IMG/VR virus record: IMGVR_UViG_3300048855_000217 | Location: 1-39,810 of that record | Strand: one strand, 5' to 3' | DNA length: 39,810 nt | Origin: a virus | Lineage: Duplodnaviria > Caudoviricetes | Shown: one piece after another, positions 8,817-17,685 of the stretch | How positions within the stretch are numbered: the stretch's first letter is position 1 | Layout: every line of letters starts with the position of its first letter | The notes under the pieces: model-generated | Databases searched by the model: none | Told to the model about the DNA's origin: nothing | Seen by the model: only the letters and a program-made list of their open reading frames with translations | Position numbers and translations under genes: made by a program

Positions 8817-10247
8817 TCACACCATGTCAGGGAAAGTCTCGCGTTCAGCGGCCTGCGAGATCTCAAGCGCTTGCTTTCTTCTTGATAACGTCTCTCGGTA
8901 TTCCTGAGCTTCAACGTCTCTAAAGAACGGAGCAGACGGAGCCAATCGCTTGATAGCTGCTTCGACTTCCTCAAGCGGAGCACGAAAAAACTCTTTGCGA
9001 TAGTTCTGTGCATTGATGCGCACTGAGTCGAACTCGACATGGAGCGCCCGCTCCAAAGCGGGCGCGTCGTCGCTATAGATTATTGCATGGATATCGAACG
9101 TGAACGGCACACTCGCGTCGCCGAGTTCCCTCACACGGTCCATCGGATCAAGCCGCCTCGTCAGACCGATCTTAACGACGCCTTCTCCGAATGAGCCAAC
9201 GTTAGAGATTATGTAGACATAGCCGGAGCGTGTCTGCTCTGCCATTGCTTTAGCTCTCTCAGCCTTTGCATGAGCTTCTGCCAGATCCTTCTCAAGAATC
9301 TTAATCTGCTCGTTGAAAGCGTAAAGCTTGGGCCCGACGATAGAGTCCGCCTCGGCTTTAGCCTTGGCGAGAAGCCTCTGATAATGCTCTTCCTGCGCTT
9401 GTGCTTCCTCAAGGTCTTTGATGAGACGTTGCTCCTCACGGGCCAAGCGCATTGCCTCGGCACGATCATCCTTTTCGATCTTCTGCCTTTCGCGCTGTTC
9501 GTGGGCCAGTCGAAGCTCATTGATCTTGAGTTGGCGATAATGCTCTGAGATGTGGATCGCGTTGGAGGCATTGTGCTTACTGATCTGCTCGAAGGCGCGC
9601 ATGATCCGCTTTTCCATCGCAAGGGCATTGTTCCAGCGTGCGTTAGCAATGGCAGCGTCAGCTTCGCCGTTAAAAGCACGCAGGGTCAGCCTTACGTTGC
9701 GGTTGATCATGGTCTGACCCTTGGCGCGGCTTCCATCCACCTGCCAGTCCGTTGTGCAGAATACCGCTGTCTTGGCACTTATCATCTTCTTTTGTTCTTC
9801 TCGAACGGCCAAGATCGCTGCCTTGAATTGCTCGCTATCACCAAAGTCGAAATGCGGCTCATAAACGCCCATCTCCGCAAACGCTAAGCGTTCGTCAAAG
9901 ATTGCAACCTCTGCCGATAGCCGGTCGTAAATCTGCTTCTTGTCTTTGTATGCCGTTTGAAGCTTCTCGGTCTCCTGCCGGATGCTGGCTGCGTCGCGCT
10001 GTGCGGCACTGGACTCGGCGTTGGCCGCTGTCCGGGCGGCGGTAGCCTCCCGCTGCGCGTCAGCTATGAGGCGGCTTGCTTCAGCATCCGCATCAAGAAT
10101 CGGGGAGAAGCGGCTCAGTTTCTGGGCATGTTCTTGCTCGGCTTTTTGCGTGGCACGCTTCGCACGCCCCAGAGCGATCTGTGCGAATACAGCCCAAGCG
10201 AGAAGTGCAAGCGCGATCACCCATGATGCCAATGTGGCCTCGTTCAT
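8817..10247 (-). CDS. DUF4041 + T5orf172/MUG113-like (GIY-YIG) protein with N-terminal TM and coiled coil, cargo
   Basis: LRAFNGEAD; GYVYIISNVGSFGEGVVKIGLTRRLDPMDRVRELGDASVPFTFDIH; KEFF. Confidence 0.88.
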   Translation of the reverse strand: MNEATLASWVIALALLAWAVFAQIALGRAKRATQKAEQEHAQKLSRFSPILDADAEASRLIADAQREATAARTAANAESSAAQRDAASIRQETEKLQTAYKDKKQIYDRLSAEVAIFDERLAFAEMGVYEPHFDFGDSEQFKAAILAVREEQKKMISAKTAVFCTTDWQVDGSRAKGQTMINRNVRLTLRAFNGEADAAIANARWNNALAMEKRIMRAFEQISKHNASNAIHISEHYRQLKINELRLAHEQRERQKIEKDDRAEAMRLAREEQRLIKDLEEAQAQEEHYQRLLAKAKAEADSIVGPKLYAFNEQIKILEKDLAEAHAKAERAKAMAEQTRSGYVYIISNVGSFGEGVVKIGLTRRLDPMDRVRELGDASVPFTFDIHAIIYSDDAPALERALHVEFDSVRINAQNYRKEFFRAPLEEVEAAIKRLAPSAPFFRDVEAQEYRETLSRRKQALEISQAAERETFPDMV

Positions 10248-10330
10248 AGCAGCACGTCCCCCGCGTAGAGAGCGCGAGGTTTGATCGTGTCGGAAAAACT
10301 GTCAACCAGACCTTCCACCAGAGTCGCACT

Positions 10331-10396
10331 GTGTGGGGGGGCGATGAAATCATCCGGTTCCGTTGATCCCGCCCACCGTTGCCCCGGCTTTTTGAA
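10331..10396 (+). other. Probable cos packaging region
   Basis: G7 run (GGGGGGGCGATGAAATC) ... ACCGTTGCCCCGGCTTTTT, the pattern typical between HNH and terS in HK97-like phages. Confidence 0.55.
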
Positions 10397-10418
10397 GCCG
10401 TTCCGAATAGAAATCCGG

Positions 10419-11396
10419 TCAATGACGTAGCGGAATGTTGGTAATCACCACCCGATCCTCCGGGTTCTCAACACCTGCCGCGCGCAACTCCGCAACGATT
10501 GCTTGCGCTATAAGGTAGCTGTCCATTGATGGACCAATCAGCACGCGGTCGATCAACTCGGGCGCGGTCGCACCAACAAAGTTCTCATCGGGGTAGTTCC
10601 TCATCGGTATTTTGTAGATGCGCTGCGGAACGCCTCCAACGGTCAAAACCTCCGTGGGGATTCGTTCAATTTGTTGTTCATTCATTTGGCCTGCGCGTTG
10701 AAGAAGAGTGGGCGTGTATAAAACTCGCCATTCTCGCTCCTCTCGGAAAGCAGGATGTTTTGTAGATTGCACGGCGAACCGAAGAGCACTTAGCATCACA
10801 TCGTGAACCCAAGCACCACCCGCCGCCTTCAAGGTGACGACGTTCGCCTCGCAGTGCTCCACGATCTCGCGAAAGTGAGCGGCGAAGCCTTCTTGATCGG
10901 CGTAGAGCACCGGGCTCGTGAATGCATTGAAGGGATTTGCCTCGCCGACGAATGGCCGGTTGTTGAAGACGAAGGCCACACCATCTTTTGGAGCGTATGC
11001 CCGCCACATAGACAGCCGACCATAACGGTCCTCATGCCCTTCTTCGTGTTCAGAGATCGAGGTAAGGTAGGTTTCGAGCCGAACATCAGGAAACATCGTA
11101 TCGAAGTTGGCTTGAAATATGTTAGGCAGATCGGGCTGTATTTCAGAAAGGACACTGCGTAGGCGGACTCCGTAAGGACCATCCCACGCCGACTTCAAGC
11201 AGTTAAACCCGTGTTGAACTTCAGAGAAATCGTTCATAACGGCGGAGTTTCGTAGCCACATCGATTGGCTGCGAAGCACCTTGCACGCTGTGTCGGCGCT
11301 CGTGTAGTGAGCAAAGCGCGTGTTGTTCGATCTCGCGAGTTGGAGCCTGCTCGCTGCGTAGGGCTGAAACAACGCGTAGGCTTCATAGTCCGTCAT
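10419..11396 (-). CDS. DUF2971-like protein, cargo
   Basis: HYTS, W.....MND.SE, LSMWRAY, K...F.EEREWR, IGP motifs. Confidence 0.8.
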   Translation of the reverse strand: MTDYEAYALFQPYAASRLQLARSNNTRFAHYTSADTACKVLRSQSMWLRNSAVMNDFSEVQHGFNCLKSAWDGPYGVRLRSVLSEIQPDLPNIFQANFDTMFPDVRLETYLTSISEHEEGHEDRYGRLSMWRAYAPKDGVAFVFNNRPFVGEANPFNAFTSPVLYADQEGFAAHFREIVEHCEANVVTLKAAGGAWVHDVMLSALRFAVQSTKHPAFREEREWRVLYTPTLLQRAGQMNEQQIERIPTEVLTVGGVPQRIYKIPMRNYPDENFVGATAPELIDRVLIGPSMDSYLIAQAIVAELRAAGVENPEDRVVITNIPLRH

Positions 11397-11425
11397 CGCT
11401 TCACCCCGATCAACACGCTCACGCA

Positions 11426-11439
11426 TAAATATCCACATG
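11426..11439 (+). promoter_or_regulatory. TAAATA-N5-ATG
   Basis: TAAATA TCCAC ATG before terS. Confidence 0.7.
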
Positions 11440-11841
11440 CAGCGTGGACCAAAGCCTATCTCACCGACCCGCAAGAAGCTCGCCGGAACCTTCAAACCCT
11501 GCGTTGATGACGCGACCGCACCCATCGTGCAACTCGTCAAAGACATTCCCGTAGCACCCGACTGGCTTACTGATGGAGCCAAGGCGGTCTGGGCGGACGA
11601 TCTCGCGCGCGTGGTCGCGTGCGGTGCCACCTCCGTCGATTCCAATATGTTCGGCCTTTACTGCACCAGCATGGCGGACTTCATCGCATCAGTGAAGCTG
11701 GGCGAGCCCGCGAACGCCGCCTTCCGCTCCGAGCTTCGGAAGCAGATGGAGATGCTCTGCATCGCGGGGGCAAAGTCCCGACTGGCGAGGATCAGCACCG
11801 ACGTGAAAACATCGTCACCGTTTAGCGTCCGCCCGCAGTGA
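11437..11841 (+). CDS. terS: Terminase small subunit (P27-like)
   Basis: RGPKP...K.L.G, P.WL...AK..W, YC; directly upstream of terL. Confidence 0.85.
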   Translation: MQRGPKPISPTRKKLAGTFKPCVDDATAPIVQLVKDIPVAPDWLTDGAKAVWADDLARVVACGATSVDSNMFGLYCTSMADFIASVKLGEPANAAFRSELRKQMEMLCIAGAKSRLARISTDVKTSSPFSVRPQ

Positions 11842-11854
11842 GGAGCCGTCCCGC

Positions 11855-11867
11855 TAAATAGCGGATG
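11855..11867 (+). promoter_or_regulatory. TAAATA-N4-ATG
   Basis: TAAATA GCGG ATG. Confidence 0.75.
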
Positions 11868-13529
11868 AGGTTTCCCAAAGGTTCCTTCGGCTGGACGGCC
11901 GTCGATTACGCTAAGAAGGTCACGTCGGGTAAGATCGCAGCATGCTGGCAGGTTCGTGCCGCGTGCCAACGCATGCTGGCGGACCTCAAGCGCGACGATC
12001 TCACGTTCTCCGCTCCTCATATCGATCACGCCTGCGAGTTCATCGAGGCACTCGTCCATATCAAGGGCGAATGGGCGGGCCAGCCGGTCAAGCTGGAGCC
12101 GTTCCAGATATGGATCGTAGCCAGCATATTCGGCTTCATCCGCAAGGCAGATGGCCTGCGGAAGCACCGATCCGCGTTCATCCTCCTGCCGCGCAAGAAC
12201 GGTAAGTCGCTGCTTGCGGCAGGCATCGCCCTCTACATGACCTTCGCCGATGGTGAGGCGGGCGCGGAGGGCTACTGCGGGGCGTCCAATCTCGCGCAGG
12301 CCAATGAGGTGTTTGTCCCAGCTCGCCGCATGGCGGAACTCTCCCCCGGCTTCATGGAGGCGTTCGGGGTTGAGGTGATGGCGAAGTCCATCTTTTCCGA
12401 GATCACGGGCCAGAGCTTCGTGCCGGTGATCGCGAAAACCAAGGACGGATCGTCCCCGCACGTCGCCATCTGTGATGAGCTACATCAGGCGAAGGACGCC
12501 ACCCAGATACAAGCGTTCCGCACCGGCATGGGGGCGCGTCGCCAGCCCCTCCTGCTGGTGATCTCAACGGCTGGTTTTCAGCTATCCGGCATCTGTCGCA
12601 CGGAGCAGCTTGATGCAGAGGCCGTGCTGAACGGTGTGGCGCACGACGATCGTCTGTTCGGCGCCATCTACACGATCGACAAGGGCGACGATTGGCGGGA
12701 CTTCCGTGTCTGGCGGAAGGCCAACCCGAACATCGGCGTGACGATCACGGAGGAGTTCCTGCGTGAGGCGCATACGAAGGCGCTGCAATCGCCCTCCAAT
12801 CAGGCGTTCGCGCGGACGAAGTATCTGAACCAGTGGGTGGCGTCCGCCGATGGCTGGCTCAACATGGCGGATTGGGCGAACGCGGCTGACACGGCGCTTT
12901 CTATCGAGGCGCTCAAGGGTTCGACCGCCTACCTTGGCGTGGACTTCTCAACCAAGCAGGATTTGACCGCGGTAGTGGCGGTGGTCCCGCTGGATGATGA
13001 TCGCCGAGCCATCTTCCCGTTCCTGTTCGTCCCCGATGGGGCTGTGGAAAACTCTGTGAATGCTTCTGCCTATGCTGGGTGGATAAGTAGCGGGGCGCTC
13101 ATCCGCACCGAAGGAACAGCGTCCAGTTTCGGGGAAGGGGAGGCGCAGATTGCGTGGCTTATGAACCACTTCCGGATCGAGCTTGCGGTGTTCGATCAGT
13201 GGCAGGGTGAGAACACCCGGCAGAAGATGGAAGCGGCGGGGCTCGCCACTGCAATTTGGGCCGCGAACGATCGCGGGCAGTGGACACTGGCGATGGACAA
13301 TTTCGAAGCGGCGCTGAAGAACGGCCAGCTTGTCCATCCGGGCAACCCGGTGCTTGACTGGTGCGCAGCAAACACGATGGCGAAGCAGGCGGGTGTCACC
13401 CGCGTGCCGGTGAAACCTGATAAGCACGCAAAGATCGACGGCATGGTTGCTGCCCTCATGGCGTTCGCTGCGTCGGATCGTGACCCGCCTCCGCCGCCAG
13501 TGAAGCTGGAGATGTTCGTGCTGGAGTGA
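11865..13529 (+). CDS. terL: Terminase large subunit
   Basis: LEPFQ, PRKNGKS Walker A, ICDELH Walker B, ISTAG, KANPN, GVDFS, KIDGMVA. Confidence 0.97.
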   Translation: MRFPKGSFGWTAVDYAKKVTSGKIAACWQVRAACQRMLADLKRDDLTFSAPHIDHACEFIEALVHIKGEWAGQPVKLEPFQIWIVASIFGFIRKADGLRKHRSAFILLPRKNGKSLLAAGIALYMTFADGEAGAEGYCGASNLAQANEVFVPARRMAELSPGFMEAFGVEVMAKSIFSEITGQSFVPVIAKTKDGSSPHVAICDELHQAKDATQIQAFRTGMGARRQPLLLVISTAGFQLSGICRTEQLDAEAVLNGVAHDDRLFGAIYTIDKGDDWRDFRVWRKANPNIGVTITEEFLREAHTKALQSPSNQAFARTKYLNQWVASADGWLNMADWANAADTALSIEALKGSTAYLGVDFSTKQDLTAVVAVVPLDDDRRAIFPFLFVPDGAVENSVNASAYAGWISSGALIRTEGTASSFGEGEAQIAWLMNHFRIELAVFDQWQGENTRQKMEAAGLATAIWAANDRGQWTLAMDNFEAALKNGQLVHPGNPVLDWCAANTMAKQAGVTRVPVKPDKHAKIDGMVAALMAFAASDRDPPPPPVKLEMFVLE

Positions 13530-13541
13530 CGTGGCCGATCA

Positions 13542-13574
13542 CACGAGAGGGCGTCGAGCGACGGCCCCCTCGTG
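13542..13574. terminator. Hairpin between convergent genes
   Basis: CACGAG..GG...CC.CTCGTG stem. Confidence 0.5.
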
Positions 13575-13584
13575 AGCTACCGCG

Positions 13585-13836
13585 TTACCGGTTGCGCCAG
13601 CGCCGATCCCAGTTGTTCCACCGGCCTGACTTGCGGGCCTGAGCCAACTCGCGCTGACATTCACGAAGTTCGCGGTTGTATTCGCGCCGGTTGTCCGCAC
13701 GGCGCAACTCTCGACGGCACTCGCGCTGCTCCTGACGCACTTCCCGGTTCTGGCGGTGAGCGCCGCCTTGAGCACTGAGAGTGGCCGTTGGCAGGGCTAC
13801 AGCCACCATTCCGATCGCCAGAAGCAAGCTACGCAT
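13585..13836 (-). CDS. Small exported Arg/Glu-rich protein, cargo
   Basis: GGGAG RBS, signal peptide MRSLLLAIGMVAVALP, duplicated RECRRELRRA/RECQRELAQA. Confidence 0.75.
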   Translation of the reverse strand: MRSLLLAIGMVAVALPTATLSAQGGAHRQNREVRQEQRECRRELRRADNRREYNRELRECQRELAQARKSGRWNNWDRRWRNR

Positions 13837-13884
13837 ACAAATCTCCCTCGTGAGCCGTCCGTGTTGCGGATGAGCCGCGTTGGT

Positions 13885-13909
13885 AACGTGGCGCAGCGTC
13901 GCAGGTTTC
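13885..13909 (-). promoter_or_regulatory. Putative EcfG-type promoter
   Basis: GAAAC-N16-CGTT on minus strand. Confidence 0.5.
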
Positions 13910-13978
13910 CTAAACCACATCAGCTTGCCGCTGCTAATCCGCTGGCCGACGCAGACATCCGCCAAAGCGCGACGGCGC

Positions 13979-13991
13979 TAAATACCGGATG
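13979..13991 (+). promoter_or_regulatory. TAAATA-N4-ATG
   Basis: TAAATA CCGG ATG. Confidence 0.75.
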
Positions 13992-15224
13992 AGCTTCATC
14001 CATCGCCTCGGCGACTTCCTTCTCGGTCCCGCTGAGACCAAAAGCACCGCCACCGGCGTTCCCGTCCCCCAGCATTCGGCAGACACCATCGAAAAAGCGG
14101 TGCGCGAGGCCACATCGGGCGACCTCTCCTTCAAGGTTAGCGCGGTTCACGCCTGTGCCCGCGTGATTGCGGAAGGGCTGGCGCTCCCGCCGTGCTACCT
14201 CCACCGTGTTGGACCGGGCGGAAAGACCGCCGCGCTTGATCACCCGCTCTACCGCCTGATGAACGCTGCCCCGAATGAGCGGCAGACCAGCTATGAATTC
14301 CGCGAGCAGCTTGGCTACCACCTCGCGCTGAACTCGAACGCGCACGTCTTCATCAACCGCTCGCCCCGCACCGGCGAAGTGCTGGAACTGCTTCCGTGCG
14401 ATCCCGGTGCGGTCACGATCGATGTAGACTCGTCCCGCCTTGGTGCCCCGTTGAATTACACCCTATACGGCGTGCCGGTGCCGTTGTCGCAGATATGGCA
14501 CCTCAAAGGTCCGTCGTGGCTGTCATGGACCGGCATGAGCACGCTGCATGAGGCTCGTTCCGCCATCGGGCTGGCGTCGGCCACGGAACGCTACGGCGCG
14601 AACCTGTTCACGAACGGCGCTCGTCCCGGTGGTTTGCTCGCTCCGGCTGCGGGCGTTGCGCTTACCGCCGATCAGGTCGCTGAGATCAAGGCGATGTGGA
14701 AGGCGCAGGCCAGCGGCTTGGGTAACGCCCACAAGACCATCCTCATGACCGCAGGGGTGGAGTTCACCCCCATGGCCTCCAACGCCAACGATGCGCAGTG
14801 GATCGAGTCCCGCCGCTTCCAAATTGAGGAAATCTGCCGCTTCTTCCGGGTGTCTCCGACTAAAGTTTTCCAGTCACTTGGCTCGCAGAGCTACGCCAGT
14901 GTGGAGCAGGCCCACATTGCGCACGATCAGGACACGGACGCTCACTGGCACGAGCGGTTCGTCCAGTCGGCGAACAAAGCCCTGCTCACCGACAAGGATC
15001 GCAGGGCCGGTCTCGCTATCTCACTCGACAACCGCAGCTTCCTTCGCGGCACCGCGAACGAGCGTATGACCTATTACACGGCGGGCATCGCGGCAGGGAT
15101 TATCACCCGCAATGAGGCGCGGGAGCTTGAAGGCTTTGATCGCTCGGATGATCCGCAGGCTGACGTGCTGTCACCCGCTGCGAACTTGTTCGGCCCCAGC
15201 CAGTCGGGATCAGCGTCCGAATAA
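13989..15224 (+). CDS. Portal protein, HK97 family
   Basis: SAVHAC..VIAE.LA.LP, PN..QT..EF, F.NGARPGG, DAQ.IE.R.F..EEICR.F.V, TRNEAR..EG. Confidence 0.96.
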   Translation: MSFIHRLGDFLLGPAETKSTATGVPVPQHSADTIEKAVREATSGDLSFKVSAVHACARVIAEGLALPPCYLHRVGPGGKTAALDHPLYRLMNAAPNERQTSYEFREQLGYHLALNSNAHVFINRSPRTGEVLELLPCDPGAVTIDVDSSRLGAPLNYTLYGVPVPLSQIWHLKGPSWLSWTGMSTLHEARSAIGLASATERYGANLFTNGARPGGLLAPAAGVALTADQVAEIKAMWKAQASGLGNAHKTILMTAGVEFTPMASNANDAQWIESRRFQIEEICRFFRVSPTKVFQSLGSQSYASVEQAHIAHDQDTDAHWHERFVQSANKALLTDKDRRAGLAISLDNRSFLRGTANERMTYYTAGIAAGIITRNEARELEGFDRSDDPQADVLSPAANLFGPSQSGSASE

Positions 15225-15234
15225 ATACCGGATG
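15222..15234 (+). promoter_or_regulatory. TAAATA-N4-ATG overlapping the portal stop codon
   Basis: TAAATA CCGG ATG. Confidence 0.75.
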
Positions 15235-15954
15235 AAGAAAACCACCCTTGCTGGCGGCAGGCTTGAACTCAAGTTTGCTGATATCGGGACCGAGACCGAA
15301 GCGAAGACATTCACCGGCTACGGCGCGGTGTTCAACAACACCGATTTCGCCAGCGATATCATCGCACCCGGCGCATTCGCCACCACCATCGCCGAACATA
15401 AGACGCACGGCACGGTCCCGTCGATGTTCTTCAACCACGATGCCTTCTCAATGCCGATGGGCAAGTGGCTGGCGCTTGAGGAAGATGATCACGGTCTAAA
15501 GGTCGCGGGTGAGTTTCTCGACACCACGGGTGGTCGCGACGCCTACGCGGCAGTGAAGGCCGGAGCCGTGACGGGTCTCAGTATCGGCTACATCGCCACC
15601 GGCTACGAGATCGACGGCAACACGCGCACGATCACCGAAGCCAAGCTCATTGAGATCAGCGTGGTGACCTTCCCGTGCAACGACCTCGCTCGCGTTTCGA
15701 GCGTCAAAAACAAGGAAAATGACATGACCGACGATGATTTCCTCGCGAAGCTGGCCGAACTCGGCATCGACGAAGAGGATGCGAAGGGCCTCCTTGCCAA
15801 GCGCAACAAGTCCGACGCGGAGCATGAAGATATCGGGGATGAAAAGACCGATGAAGAGGCCGAAGGGGAGCAAGAAGATAAATATGATCAGGCGGCTGTC
15901 GTAGCGGCCATCAAAGCCATCGTCGCAACTACCAAGGAGAAATATGTCCGCTAA
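15232..15954 (+). CDS. Prohead protease (HK97 family) with acidic C-terminal extension
   Basis: F.GYGAVFN..D...D.I.PGAF, FNHD, GLSIGY, L.EISVVTFP.N. Confidence 0.93.
   Translation: MKKTTLAGGRLELKFADIGTETEAKTFTGYGAVFNNTDFASDIIAPGAFATTIAEHKTHGTVPSMFFNHDAFSMPMGKWLALEEDDHGLKVAGEFLDTTGGRDAYAAVKAGAVTGLSIGYIATGYEIDGNTRTITEAKLIEISVVTFPCNDLARVSSVKNKENDMTDDDFLAKLAELGIDEEDAKGLLAKRNKSDAEHEDIGDEKTDEEAEGEQEDKYDQAAVVAAIKAIVATTKEKYVR
15879..15884 (+). promoter_or_regulatory. TAAATA motif upstream of capsid gene (leadered)
   Basis: GATAAATA inside the protease tail, 59 nt before capsid ATG, which has an AAGGAG RBS. Confidence 0.6.
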
Positions 15955-17071
15955 TCTGATCAACGAACTCAAAACCCTCGAAAACGAGTTCAAGAGCGCG
16001 ATCGAACGCGCCGACACCGCCGCTACCGACCGTCTCAACGCTGCCATCGATGCCGTAGAGTCCAAGCTCAAGGCCATCGAGACTGCCGCAGGCCGTCCTG
16101 CCGCCAACGGCACGCCCGCTAACGACAACGAGACCAAGGCATTCGACGTCTACCTGCGCCGTGGCGACACCGCTGAGCTGAAGGCGATGTCCGCACTGGT
16201 TCCGGCAGAGGACGGCTACACCGTTCCAAAGGTGATCGATTCCGCGATCACCAAGCTCATGGTCGATATCTCGCCGCTGCGCTCCGTCGCTCGCGTGATC
16301 TCCGTCTCCACCCCTGATTTCCACATCCCGGTTTCGCTCGGCGGCGCTGGATCAGCTTGGGTCGGTGAGAAGGCTGCGCGTCCTGAGACCGCCACCCCGA
16401 CCATCACCGAGATCGTTCCGTCCTTTGGTGAGCTTTACGCCAGCCCCTACGTCACGCAGACGATCCTTGAGGACTCGCAGTTCGACATTGCTGGCTTCGT
16501 TTCCGGTGAGGTCGCCACTACCTTCGCACAAGCTGAAGGTAGCGCCTTCCTGACCGGCGACGGGATTTCAAAGCCGAAGGGGCTGCTCACCGTCACCACG
16601 GCTGTCACGGCCGATGCAACCCGTGCCTTCGGCACTGTCCAGCACGTCGTTTCCGGTGCCGCTGCTGACATCACCCCGGACGCGCTGATCGACCTCGTGC
16701 ATTCACTCAAGGCGGGCTACCGCGCCAACGCCGTGTTCCTCATGAACAAGGACTCGCTCGGCCGCGTCCGCAAGCTCAAGGATGCCACCGGCCAGTATCT
16801 CTGGCAGGCATCATATCAGGCGGGCATCCCTTCCACGCTGCTCGGCTTCCCGGTGGTTGAGGTTGAGGACATGCCGAACGTGGCGGCGAACAGCCTGTCG
16901 ATCGCCTTTGGTGATTTCACCCGCGCCTACACCATCGCCGATCGCGTCGGTGTGTCGATGCTCTACAACCCCTACATCGCTGCACCCTACGTCGCTTACC
17001 AGTCGCGTAAGCGCGTCGGCGGCTGCGTGGTGGATTCCACCGCTTACAAGCTGCTCAAGACTGCTGCGTGA
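15944..17071 (+). CDS. Major capsid protein, HK97 fold
   Basis: DGYTVP, SPLR, WVGE, AFLTGDG..KPKG, KLKD..G.YLW, LLG.PV, FGDF, RVGG. Confidence 0.97.
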   Translation: MSANLINELKTLENEFKSAIERADTAATDRLNAAIDAVESKLKAIETAAGRPAANGTPANDNETKAFDVYLRRGDTAELKAMSALVPAEDGYTVPKVIDSAITKLMVDISPLRSVARVISVSTPDFHIPVSLGGAGSAWVGEKAARPETATPTITEIVPSFGELYASPYVTQTILEDSQFDIAGFVSGEVATTFAQAEGSAFLTGDGISKPKGLLTVTTAVTADATRAFGTVQHVVSGAAADITPDALIDLVHSLKAGYRANAVFLMNKDSLGRVRKLKDATGQYLWQASYQAGIPSTLLGFPVVEVEDMPNVAANSLSIAFGDFTRAYTIADRVGVSMLYNPYIAAPYVAYQSRKRVGGCVVDSTAYKLLKTAA

Positions 17072-17090
17072 GATCGGCCCTCACAACAAG

Positions 17091-17123
17091 GAAGCCGGGG
17101 ATCGGAAGGTCTCCGGCTTTTCC
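17091..17123 (+). terminator. Intrinsic terminator after capsid gene
   Basis: GAAGCCGGGGATC-GGAA-GGTCTCCGGCTTTT. Confidence 0.8.
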
Positions 17124-17144
17124 ACGTTCGGGCGGAATCTGCTG

Positions 17145-17176
17145 GATCGACCGCTAACGCCTAAAAGCCGACTCTC
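17145..17176 (+). repeat. 32-bp imperfect palindrome, copy 1
   Basis: GATCGACCGCTAACGCCTAAAAGCCGACTCTC. Confidence 0.65.
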
Positions 17177-17196
17177 GATAACGCCGACCCGCCATG

Positions 17197-17454
17197 TCAA
17201 ACTGCCCCGAGCGCATCGGGGATGATGTTAACGGCATGCTTGAATGGGAGAGTATAGACAATCACCCCGTCTCCGTCCTCAGCGTCGATACGGAACCTGA
17301 AGTCAAGAACTCCGGCGATCATGTCCCCACACATGAGGTCACGAGCTGTCGCCAAAACAGCTTTTCGAAGCGCATCCAGCGACGCGAACTCGACGCCGTC
17401 TGGATCGAGCAACTCCTCGGTGCCATCTCGAAGGTTCATGAAGTATTTGGTCAC
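17197..17454 (-). CDS. DUF6894-like small protein, cargo
   Basis: KYFMNLRDG....DPDGVEF..L.......A...ARDL; GTG start after GAGGGAG. Confidence 0.8.
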   Translation of the reverse strand: MTKYFMNLRDGTEELLDPDGVEFASLDALRKAVLATARDLMCGDMIAGVLDFRFRIDAEDGDGVIVYTLPFKHAVNIIPDALGAV

Positions 17455-17473
17455 GCATAGCTCCCTCACGTTC

Positions 17474-17503
17474 GGCGGGAGCGCGTTTGTCTCTCAGCCG
17501 CCG
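17474..17503 (-). promoter_or_regulatory. Conserved leader motif ending GCTCCCGCC, copy 1
   Basis: CGGCGGCTGAGAGACAAACGCGCTCCCGCC just upstream of the RBS. Confidence 0.55.
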
Positions 17504-17640
17504 GAGCCTAAGCCGATCCGACGATCTTGCAGGTCTATCATATGTTATAAGTCGTGTTAAGATGAAAATGATTTCAGTCAGTTATCAGCCTACGCACACC
17601 TATGCTAAGGTTCGCTATCGATGGCCTCTAACCGGCCTTC

Positions 17641-17669
17641 CATCGACTGCGAGTCTACGTGCTCCCGCC
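17641..17669 (+). promoter_or_regulatory. Conserved leader motif ending GCTCCCGCC, copy 2
   Basis: CATCGACTGCGAGTCTACGTGCTCCCGCC just upstream of the RBS. Confidence 0.55.
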
Positions 17670-17685
17670 ACAGCGGAGAGCCATT

